Source: Acidimicrobiia bacterium
Lineage (GTDB): Bacteria; Actinomycetota; Acidimicrobiia; Acidimicrobiales; Bin134
Assembly: GCA_009842675.1 (NCBI GenBank)
Contig: VYEX01000065.1
Span: 65,127-129,126, forward strand
Direction of reading: 5' to 3'
DNA: 64,000 nt
Positions 55,649 through 63,163 of this stretch are shown here, in pieces. Position 1 is the first letter of the stretch; every line of letters begins with the position of its first letter. The notes beneath the pieces are model-generated. The model worked only from the letters and a program-made list of their open reading frames with translations, searched no databases and was not told where the DNA came from. The translations under genes were made by a program, and so were the position numbers.

Positions 55649-56847
55649 CTAGGACAGGGCCACTGGTAGGCGGCTCAGGCCTCGCAGGGTGATGCGGGGC
55701 TTCCAGGGAGGGTCGACTTCGGTCGGGGTCCAGGTTTCGAAGCGGTCGAGCAGGCCAGCGAGCACCACTTGGCCTTCGAGGCGGGCTAGCGAGGCGCCCA
55801 GGCAATAGTGGATGCCCGAGCCGAACGACAGCAGCGGTGTTTCCTGTCGACCGATGTCGAACCGATCGGGGTTGTCGATCACCTCGGGGTCGCGGTTGGC
55901 CGCCCCCAAGAGCATCAGCACCATGCTTCCTTTGGCGATGGCGTGCCCGCCTATCTCCACGTCCTCGAAGGTGTAGCGGGCGTCCACCTGCACGGGAGGC
56001 TGATAGCGCAGCACCTCGTCCACCGCGCCGGGCACCAGCGACCGGTCGGCCCGCAGCCGGGCCAGCTCATCGGGATGCCGGATGAGCGTGTCGACCATGT
56101 TGCCGATCAGGTTGGTGGTGGTCTCGAAACCTGCGGCGTAGATCAGCGACAGCGTGAGCCCGATCTCTCGCTGGGTGAGCCGGTCCTCGCCGTCGCTGGC
56201 CGCAATCAGCGCAGATAGCAGGTCGTCGCAGGGCTCGGCTCGCCGCCAATCAATCAGATCGTCGAAGTAGGCCTTCACCTTGGCTCCCGAGGCCTCGGCT
56301 CGTTCCTGCTCTTCGAGGCTTTGGTTCGGCTCGAGGGTACCGGCCAGGTCCGACACCAGCGGCCGCAGCCAATCGCGGTCGGACCGGGGAACCCCCACCA
56401 GTTCGCTGATGACGTTGGCTGGCAGGGGAAAAGCCAACTGATCGATCAGGTCTCCCCCACCGGAGGCGGCCAGCGAATCCAGCAGCTCGGCGGTTATCTC
56501 CTCGACCGCGGTCCGCAGACCTTCGACCCGTCGGGGTGTGAAAGCCCGGCTCACAAGCGAGCGGAGGCGAGTGGGTCAGGTGGGTTCAAGAACAGGAAGG
56601 TCCGCTCTTCGTTGGGAGTTCGCACCCTCTCAGCGGTGAGCGTCGGAACCTCGTCTCCGGGTTCCGCGTTGCCCATCCGGGGATCTCGCAGCGCCATCCG
56701 ACAGTCCTCGTACCGGGTGAGCACCCAATAGTCGGCGAAGCTCAGCTTGTGCACCGGAGCCGTCTCCCGAAGTTCCCGCAGCAGCGGATAGGGATCGGCG
56801 TACACCTCCGGAACGGTGATGATCCGAAGCAGCAGCTCGTCGCTCAT
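55649..56847 (-). pseudogene. Cytochrome P450 interrupted by a 1-nt deletion (or assembly error) in the PPDH motif
   Basis: Two ORFs cover the gene. ORF 56551-56847 ends ...FLFLNPPDPLASARL*. ORF 55649-56554 starts VSRAFTPRRVE... and carries AGFETT, EVLRY and heme loop FGSGIHYCLGASLAR. Only 'cc' (56573-56574) stands where the His codon of PPDH-TRLRSLVSRAF should be. Confidence 0.8.
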
Positions 56848-57761
56848 GGGCGGGGGCTGTGGACCCGCCCGAAGGTATAGGCGTCAGGCCAACCCCGCTC
56901 GGCGAGATTGGCCTCTTGGCGGGCGATGGCGGTGGGAATGTCGGCCTGTTGCCAGCCATCCACCAGCGACTCGCCCATCAGGTCGAGCACCGGCCGGTTG
57001 AGCTCCACCAAGAGTTGGAGGCTGAAGGCGATGCGGCCGGTGAGCACATCGGGATCGCCGGCGAGCAGGGCCAGGGCGGCCTCGGCCATGGTCTCCAGCG
57101 GCTCGTACATGTCCTCGTCAATCCATCCAGCCTCAACCAGCGCGGGGGTGGCTATGGCGGCCTGGGGAGTGAGGGCGTTCACCGACACTCCCTGGCCCTC
57201 GCATTCGCTGGCAGCAGACACGGTCAGCTTGTTGAGAGCTGCCTTGGGCGCTCCGTAGACAAAGCCGGCCTTGGAGGGCTTGCTGGTGGGGAACGGAGGT
57301 CCGGGAGGCAGTTCGGCGGAAAAAGTGGTGAGGTTCAAGATCGACCCGCTGCCCCGCTCGCGCATGCCGCCAATGACCGCTTTCATCAGCTCCCAGGGCG
57401 CCCAAAGGTTCACTTGCAGGCTCAGCTCAAGCTGCTTGGGGCTGACCTCCTCGAACGGGCGGTAGCCATTCATCGCGGCGTTGTTAACCAGCAGGTCGAT
57501 GGGACCGAACGCCTCCACTGTCTTGGGCACCAACTCCGTGCGCGCGCCGTTGGGATCGCTGAGGTCGGACGGAAGCACCAGGCACTCCCCGCCGAACGAA
57601 TCGATGCGCTCTTTGGTAGCGGCCAAACCCTGCTCGTCACGGGCGGTGATGGCCACCCGGGCCCCCTCGGCGGCCAAGCGCAGCGCGATCGCCGTACCCG
57701 TGCCTCCCTTGCTGGCCCCGGTGACCAGCGCAACCTTGCCCTCACAAGCCCGTTCTGCCAT
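56844..57761 (-). CDS. Short-chain dehydrogenase/reductase (SDR) family oxidoreductase
   Basis: 305 aa from ATG 57761 (GGAAGG RBS). Begins KVALVTGASKGGTG. The stop overlaps the P450 start. Confidence 0.85.
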   Translation of the reverse strand: MAERACEGKVALVTGASKGGTGTAIALRLAAEGARVAITARDEQGLAATKERIDSFGGECLVLPSDLSDPNGARTELVPKTVEAFGPIDLLVNNAAMNGYRPFEEVSPKQLELSLQVNLWAPWELMKAVIGGMRERGSGSILNLTTFSAELPPGPPFPTSKPSKAGFVYGAPKAALNKLTVSAASECEGQGVSVNALTPQAAIATPALVEAGWIDEDMYEPLETMAEAALALLAGDPDVLTGRIAFSLQLLVELNRPVLDLMGESLVDGWQQADIPTAIARQEANLAERGWPDAYTFGRVHSPRP

Positions 57762-57831
57762 AGCCTTGCCTTCCGATAGGAAATTATGTGCGAGCCTACG
57801 CCGACGAGTTGACCCGAGGACTACTAACAAC

Positions 57832-58587
57832 GTGACCGACAACCAACTTCAACCACGCCGAGCCCTCTCCCTGCTGCACACGTCGGACTGCCACCTGGGC
57901 ACCTCACCAGCCCGACGGCAAGAAGCCGCCTTTGCCGCCGCCATGGATCTGGCCATCTCTGAGGAGGTGGACGCAGTCATCATCTCCGGAGACCTGTTCG
58001 ACCACAATCGGGTGGGCGACGACGTGCTGAGCTGGGCCGCCGATCAACTGGCCCGGCTGTCGTGCCCGGCGGTGATGATCGCCGGCAATCACGACGCCCA
58101 CCCGGAATCGTCGGTACTCCACCGTTTCAGCCCCCACATTGAAGACCTCCCGATCACCATCCTCGATTCCCTGGAGGGAACCACCACTCACCTCTCCGAG
58201 CTGGAACTCACCGTCTGGGGCAAGTCGATGGACGACCACCATCCCGGCTTCCACCCCCTCGACGGACTTCCGGACCGCCCGGAAAAGGGCTGGTGCGTGG
58301 CAATGGGCCACGGCCTGGTCATGGACGACGAGACGCCGTCGTACCGCTCGTCCCCCATCTACCCCAGCCATCTCGACGCCCTCGACTGGGACTACGTCGC
58401 CCTCGGCCACATCCACCGCCACATGGTGATCCGGGAATCACCATCGGTGGTCGCCTACTCCGGCGCCACCGCGGAATCGCTAGAGGGCGACCCCGCCGTG
58501 CTCCTCGTCACCCTAGACCCCGACTCCGGCGTCTCCCTGAGCTTGCGGGAGCTTGACAAATGCCAAGGCGAGAGCGCCGCTAAGTGA
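57832..58587 (+). CDS. Metallophosphoesterase (SbcD/Mre11-like calcineurin fold), stand-alone
   Basis: 251 aa from GTG 57832. Complete motif set: HTSDCHLG, SGDLFD, AGNHD, MGHG, LGHIHRH. No SbcC-like partner adjacent. Confidence 0.8.
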   Translation: MTDNQLQPRRALSLLHTSDCHLGTSPARRQEAAFAAAMDLAISEEVDAVIISGDLFDHNRVGDDVLSWAADQLARLSCPAVMIAGNHDAHPESSVLHRFSPHIEDLPITILDSLEGTTTHLSELELTVWGKSMDDHHPGFHPLDGLPDRPEKGWCVAMGHGLVMDDETPSYRSSPIYPSHLDALDWDYVALGHIHRHMVIRESPSVVAYSGATAESLEGDPAVLLVTLDPDSGVSLSLRELDKCQGESAAK

Positions 58588-58593
58588 CTTTTG

Positions 58594-58609
58594 GTATCTG
58601 ATCGGATAC
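58594..58609. promoter_or_regulatory. Palindrome GTATC-tgatcg-GATAC upstream of the XRE-HTH gene (putative autoregulatory operator)
   Basis: Lies in the AT-rich 32-nt gap between the metallophosphoesterase stop (58587) and the HTH ATG (58620). Confidence 0.4.
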
Positions 58610-58619
58610 AATTTGTTCT

Positions 58620-58931
58620 ATGAATGCGGCCGAGGTGATCCGCACTGTCCGACTACGGGCCGATCTCACGCTGCGGGCGCTGGCCGCCCGGGCTGGCACC
58701 TCTCACTCGGCAATCGCCGCCTATGAGTCGGGAGCCAAAACCCCGTCGGCCTCCACCCTCGACCGCATTGTTCAAGCGGCGGGGTTCGCTCTCGACCGGG
58801 AGCTCAGCCCCCGGATGCGGGGCAGCGACCAACTCGACAGGGGCACCGAGCTGGCCGCCGCCCTTGAATTGGCCGCGGAGTTTCCCGCCCGCCACTCCCC
58901 CACGCTCGGGTTCCCCGTGTTCGGACGATGA
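58620..58931 (+). CDS. XRE-family helix-turn-helix protein (putative antitoxin)
   Basis: 103 aa. HTH_XRE pattern VRLRADLTLRALAARAGTSHSAIAAYESGAKTPSASTLDRIV. The stop overlaps the next ATG (ATGA). Confidence 0.75.
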   Translation: MNAAEVIRTVRLRADLTLRALAARAGTSHSAIAAYESGAKTPSASTLDRIVQAAGFALDRELSPRMRGSDQLDRGTELAAALELAAEFPARHSPTLGFPVFGR

Positions 58932-59461
58932 AGCTGGTCGAGCAGGTCGTCGACCTTCATCGGGCTTTGGACGACGCCGACATTCCTCACGCCTTCGGCG
59001 GCGCACTGGCCCTGGCGTGGTGTACCCAGCAGGCCAGAGCCACCATCGACATCGACGTAAACCTCTTCATCAGCATAGACGAGATCGACCGGGCCCTGGC
59101 CGGCCTCCCCGAAGGCATATCGATCACCGACGCCAACCGGCGCGAGCTAGAGGCCGACGGTCAGAGCCGGCTGTGGTGGGATGCCACTCCAGTGGACATC
59201 TTCTTCAACACCACCCCATTCCACGAGGCTGCCGCCAGCCGAGCCCGATTCGAGCAATTCGGCGGCACAGAGATTCCCTTTCTCGCCTGCCGTGACCTAG
59301 CCGTGTTCAAGGCCTTCTTCGACCGAACCAGAGACTGGGCCGACCTTGAGGACATGAGCGCAGCCAGCACCCTGGACCACGAGGCCGTGCTCGGCGTACT
59401 CGTCCGCTACCTCGGCGGCGAAGACCACCGAGTCGCCCGCCTCCGAGCCCTCGCCGACTAG
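58928..59461 (+). CDS. Minimal nucleotidyltransferase-fold protein (putative MenT/AbiEii-like toxin)
   Basis: 177 aa. Pol-beta NTase signature G-G-x14-D-I-D (AFGGALALAWCTQQARATIDIDVNLF) and a later Asp (PVDIFF). Paired with the HTH protein. Confidence 0.55.
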   Translation: MKLVEQVVDLHRALDDADIPHAFGGALALAWCTQQARATIDIDVNLFISIDEIDRALAGLPEGISITDANRRELEADGQSRLWWDATPVDIFFNTTPFHEAAASRARFEQFGGTEIPFLACRDLAVFKAFFDRTRDWADLEDMSAASTLDHEAVLGVLVRYLGGEDHRVARLRALAD

Positions 59462-59497
59462 GGGTAACTGTCATCGGGGTTCACTACGATTTGATTC

Positions 59498-59773
59498 GTG
59501 ACGGAGCGACGCAATCCCCCCGGTCGCCCCGCCGACACGCCCCAACACATTTGGCGACAGCAAATGGACGCCATCCGGGCCCGCACGGTGCCCGAACGGC
59601 TTGAGGAATGGCGGCAACTCAATGAAGCTGGCGCGATCATGGAGGAGCAGTCGGTGCGCAATCGCCACCCCGAATACAACGACCGCGAGGTCTTTTTGGC
59701 CCTCGTCGTTTCGCGCTATGGCGAGGAGCTTGCCCTTGAAGTGTGGCCTGACTCTGTGGGAATAGAACCCTGA
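59498..59773 (+). CDS. Hypothetical 91-aa helical protein (putative antitoxin of the second NTase module)
   Basis: GTG start. No family recognised. Lies directly upstream of, and overlapping, the reading frame of the second NTase-fold gene. Confidence 0.45.
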   Translation: MTERRNPPGRPADTPQHIWRQQMDAIRARTVPERLEEWRQLNEAGAIMEEQSVRNRHPEYNDREVFLALVVSRYGEELALEVWPDSVGIEP

Positions 59774-59826
59774 TCGAGCTCACTGCCGCGCTAAACCACA
59801 CCATCGGTGCTCTTGAGGCCGCAGAT

Positions 59827-60321
59827 GTGGACTACATCGTGGTCGGCTCGACGGCCGCGGCAGCTTGGGGGGTGGCTCGAATGACTCGCGACGTGGACAT
59901 CGTTGTCCTCTTGGCCTCCGATTCCGCCGAGACCATGCTCGAAGCTCTTCGAGCGAGTGAGGTCTACTTTCCAGAGTTAAATGCTCGTCAGGCAGTCCAA
60001 TCCGGAGGGTCCTTCAACATTCTTCACCCGCAGAGCGGCGGCAAGGTCGATTTATTCGCCGTTCTAGCCTCCGATGCCTTCACCCAGTCCCGAATAGCCC
60101 GGAGGGTCCGCGCCCAAGTTCTCGGCGTAGAAGCATGGATTGCCACGCCCGAAGACGTCGTGTTGGCCAAACTGCGGTGGCGCCTCGATTCGCGCTCTGA
60201 GACCCAGTGGCGAGACTGCGTCGAGATCGCTGCTGTCAACGACCTCGATCGCGATTACATGCAGAAATGGGCACCCGAACTCGGCGTAGAGACAGACTTG
60301 GCCGACCTGCTTGATGGCTGA
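59827..60321 (+). CDS. Minimal nucleotidyltransferase-fold protein, second copy (start uncertain)
   Basis: NTase signature G-S-x13-D-V-D (VVGSTAAAAWGVARMTRDVDIVVL) and a later KVDLF. The frame is open from 59752 and encodes the expected N-terminal helix (LIELTAALNHTIGALEAAD). The only start-like codon there is CTG 59770, overlapping the upstream stop (CTGA). GTG 59827 is the first canonical start. Confidence 0.55.
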   Translation: MDYIVVGSTAAAAWGVARMTRDVDIVVLLASDSAETMLEALRASEVYFPELNARQAVQSGGSFNILHPQSGGKVDLFAVLASDAFTQSRIARRVRAQVLGVEAWIATPEDVVLAKLRWRLDSRSETQWRDCVEIAAVNDLDRDYMQKWAPELGVETDLADLLDG

Positions 60322-60337
60322 CCCCGAGATGCCCCCC

Positions 60338-61201
60338 TCAGGGCCTGCCGACGCCGGGGACGGTGACGTCGGTGGCGTAGATGGCGCCGGTTTTGGCCGC
60401 GGTCACCACTTCTTTCTTCCAATCGTCGGCGGCGCAGATGAGCAGCGTGCGGCGGTCGTCGCCGCCGAGCACGCAAGCCACCGGCACTTTGGGAGCCATG
60501 TCGTAGGAGTCGGTCACCTCGCCTCCGGGCAGCACCCGGAACACTCGCAGACCCAGGGGATCGGCCACCCAAACCGCGCCCTCGGCATCCAGGCAGATGC
60601 CGTCGGGCGGTGCCACCGGCAGCTTGCCGGACTCCGGCACCAACTCGGCGTAGACCCGGCGGTTGGACAGAGTGCCATCGGGCGCCACATCGAACGCCGT
60701 GAGCCGGGACGCCGCGCTCTCGGCCACGATCAACGTCTTCTCATCGGGGGTGAGGATGTGCCCATTGGGGGCCTCCATCTCCGGTGCGCCCACGCTCACC
60801 GATCCGTCGGGAGTCACCCGGAAGGTCTGGCCGGTGAACCGATCACCCCCAGCGTGAATCCTCTGGCCCATGTCGCCGATGTAGGCGGTGCCGTCGGAGC
60901 GCACGATCATGTCGTTTATGTCTCCGATGGCCAGCGCCGACAGGTCGGCGTGTTCCACCATCGAGCCGTCGGGCTCTTGGCGCAGCAGCTTCTGGGTGGT
61001 CATGGCCACCACCAACAGCCGGCCATCGGGCAGCCAGCCCAGCCCAGAGGGGTCGTCCCAGTCGACTACCGCCACCGTCTCGGCGTTGCCGTCCATGTCG
61101 GTGCGGACCACCCGGTGGGCGTGCATGTCGGAGAACCACAGCGCGCCGCCGCGCCAACGGGGGCCCTCGGAGAAGTTGAGCCCGTCCAAGATCGTGTGCA
61201 T
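60338..61201 (-). CDS. SMP-30/gluconolactonase/LRE family protein
   Basis: 287 aa. NFSEGPRW..., LWFSD, six-blade propeller-type repeats with D/N metal ligands. Confidence 0.85.
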   Translation of the reverse strand: MHTILDGLNFSEGPRWRGGALWFSDMHAHRVVRTDMDGNAETVAVVDWDDPSGLGWLPDGRLLVVAMTTQKLLRQEPDGSMVEHADLSALAIGDINDMIVRSDGTAYIGDMGQRIHAGGDRFTGQTFRVTPDGSVSVGAPEMEAPNGHILTPDEKTLIVAESAASRLTAFDVAPDGTLSNRRVYAELVPESGKLPVAPPDGICLDAEGAVWVADPLGLRVFRVLPGGEVTDSYDMAPKVPVACVLGGDDRRTLLICAADDWKKEVVTAAKTGAIYATDVTVPGVGRP

Positions 61202-61251
61202 CAGTTAGCTCCTCATCGCCTTGCTTGCAGACGAAATGGCACAATAGCCCC

Positions 61252-62178
61252 ATGAGCATGACCCTCACCCCCGGCATCGACGCGAAAGAGTCTTACGAGA
61301 CCATCCAGGTGTCCCGTATCGGCGGGTCGCTGGGGGCGGTGATCTCCGGGGTGGACCCCCGCGACGATCTGACCGACCAGCAGTTTGCCGAGATTCACGA
61401 GGCATTGCTCCGCCACGAAGTGATCTTCTTCCGCAACGTGCCCATGAGCGCCGAGGCCCAATTGGAGTTGGCCTCCCGCTGGGGCCAGCCCAGCATTTAC
61501 CCGCTCCAAGCGCTGATGGGGGTAACCGAGCCCAATACATCGGTGATCCGGGACGACGCCGACAGCCTGCCCACCACCGACAACTGGCACACCGACGTGA
61601 CCTGGATAGAGGTGCCCCCCAAAGTCGCCCTGCTCCAGTCGCTGGTGGCACCGCCCTTCGGCGGCGACACCATGTGGTGCAGCATGACCTCGGCCTACGA
61701 CGCTCTGTCGGAATCGATGCGAAACATGATCGACGGTCTGGAACTCCACCACTCCAACTATCCCCAGTACTGCACCAACATGGCGGAGAAATCAGGAAGC
61801 TGGGACTTGGTGCCCCTACTGAGAGAGGCCTACCCCGGCGTGAACCACCCGCTGGTGCGAACTCATCCCGAGACCGGGCGGCGGGCGCTGTACGTGGCCA
61901 CCAACTTCCAGCAGTATGTGGTGGGGCTGTCCGAGAATGAGAGCACGGCTCTGCTCGACTTCCTGCTGCGCCACATCAACCAACCCCGCTTCCACTGCCG
62001 GTGGTCGTGGACCGAGGGCGATCTGGCCATTTGGGACGAGCGGTCAACCAACCACCGGGGCGTGTCCGATCACTATCCCGAGGTTCGAGAGGTACGCCGC
62101 TGCACCGTGGACGGCGACCGCCCCTACTTCGACCCCTCGGTGCCCTACCGGCCCAAAGCCGCCTACCAACCCCAGTAG
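61252..62178 (+). CDS. TauD/TfdA family Fe(II)/2-oxoglutarate-dependent dioxygenase
   Basis: 308 aa from ATG 61252. WHTDVTW (HxD iron ligands), ...WDERSTNHRG (distal His/Arg). Confidence 0.87.
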   Translation: MSMTLTPGIDAKESYETIQVSRIGGSLGAVISGVDPRDDLTDQQFAEIHEALLRHEVIFFRNVPMSAEAQLELASRWGQPSIYPLQALMGVTEPNTSVIRDDADSLPTTDNWHTDVTWIEVPPKVALLQSLVAPPFGGDTMWCSMTSAYDALSESMRNMIDGLELHHSNYPQYCTNMAEKSGSWDLVPLLREAYPGVNHPLVRTHPETGRRALYVATNFQQYVVGLSENESTALLDFLLRHINQPRFHCRWSWTEGDLAIWDERSTNHRGVSDHYPEVREVRRCTVDGDRPYFDPSVPYRPKAAYQPQ

Positions 62179-63014
62179 TCGCCGCCGAAGCGCTCGTCGC
62201 GCTCGGCCAGCGCGCCCTTCATGCCCTTTTCTCGGGACGTACCGTGAAAGTCGAACTCGTCGGGGCCTCTGCGTGTACCCATCACGAACAGGGGATGTAC
62301 GCCATAGTGGGGGGTGAACGACTGGCCGATACCGAGGATGTCATAGGCCATGTGAGCCACCGTGCGGCCGGTGGCGATACCATCCCGGGGCAGGCTGGCC
62401 AGGGCTCCGGTGAGCTGGGCCACCGCTTCATCCAAATCCTCAGAGGGCACCACTCGGTTGACCAGGCCCAACCGCTCGGCCTCCGCGGCGTCGAACTTTC
62501 GCCCGGTCACCACTAGCTCGTTGGCCCGCTTCAGCCCGATCTGAGAGGCCAGCATGGGATAAAGCCACGAGGTACCCGCCGAGCCGAACCGCTCCTCGGG
62601 CAGTCCGAACGTTGCATCGTCGGTCACCACCGCGAAATCGCTTACCAGCATCAAGTACAGCCCGGCGCCGATGCACGGGCCGTGGACTCGGGCCACGATG
62701 GGCTTGGCCGAATACAGCAGGTCGCGCATCACCCAGGCCCGGCGGCGCAGACCGGCGACGGCGAACCGTCCGCCCTTGGTCTCGGCTCCCCCGTAGAAAT
62801 CGTCGGGGCTGGACAAGTCGAACCCCGCGGTGAACCCCCGGCCCGCTCCGGCCAGCACGATGCACTTCACGTCGTCGTCGGCCTCGGCCTGGCGAACGAA
62901 GGCCACAATCTGGTCGAACATCTCGTCGGTCAGGGCGTTGAACACCTCTGGTCGATTGAGGGTGATCGATGCCACCGCCCCGTCCGATTCGTACACCACT
63001 TGGTTGTCTGCCAT
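62163..63014 (-). CDS. Enoyl-CoA hydratase/isomerase (crotonase) family protein
   Basis: 283 aa. ITLNRPEVFNAL, LAGAGRGFTAGFDL oxyanion motif. Confidence 0.88.
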   Translation of the reverse strand: MADNQVVYESDGAVASITLNRPEVFNALTDEMFDQIVAFVRQAEADDDVKCIVLAGAGRGFTAGFDLSSPDDFYGGAETKGGRFAVAGLRRRAWVMRDLLYSAKPIVARVHGPCIGAGLYLMLVSDFAVVTDDATFGLPEERFGSAGTSWLYPMLASQIGLKRANELVVTGRKFDAAEAERLGLVNRVVPSEDLDEAVAQLTGALASLPRDGIATGRTVAHMAYDILGIGQSFTPHYGVHPLFVMGTRRGPDEFDFHGTSREKGMKGALAERDERFGGDYWGW

Positions 63015-63018
63015 GTTC

Positions 63019-63059
63019 CCTATCCTGCCGGACGACGGTCGTTCCCGCCGCAGGATAGG
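63019..63059. promoter_or_regulatory. 10-bp perfect inverted repeat (CCTATCCTGC ... GCAGGATAGG, 21-nt loop) in the crotonase 5' leader, able to sequester the RBS
   Basis: On the gene strand the leader reads CCTCCTATCCTGC-N21-GCAGGATAGGgaacATG. The proximal arm carries the purine-rich SD-like stretch. The distal arm begins with the anti-SD-like CCTCC. Confidence 0.45.
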
Positions 63060-63163
63060 AGGAACAAGCCCGTCGCCCCCCTTGTTCTTCTAAACGTGAG
63101 CACCCCCCCACCAGGTTGGCCCGGCATCAGTCACCGGATCCACGGCGCACACCCAGCGGCGGT

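Noticed and set aside
57762-57831. TTCC-gata-GGAA in the SDR/metallophosphoesterase spacer as another copy of the GTTCC-N7-GGAAC operator.
   Set aside because: The spacing (N4) and flanks do not match the 17-bp motif class, so the resemblance is probably coincidental.
61252-62178. Calling the TauD-family enzyme a gamma-butyrobetaine hydroxylase, to complete a carnitine-type pathway.
   Set aside because: Its length (308 aa) and motifs fit generic TauD/TfdA enzymes. The N-terminal zinc domain of BBOX-type enzymes is absent. Substrate cannot be inferred from sequence alone.
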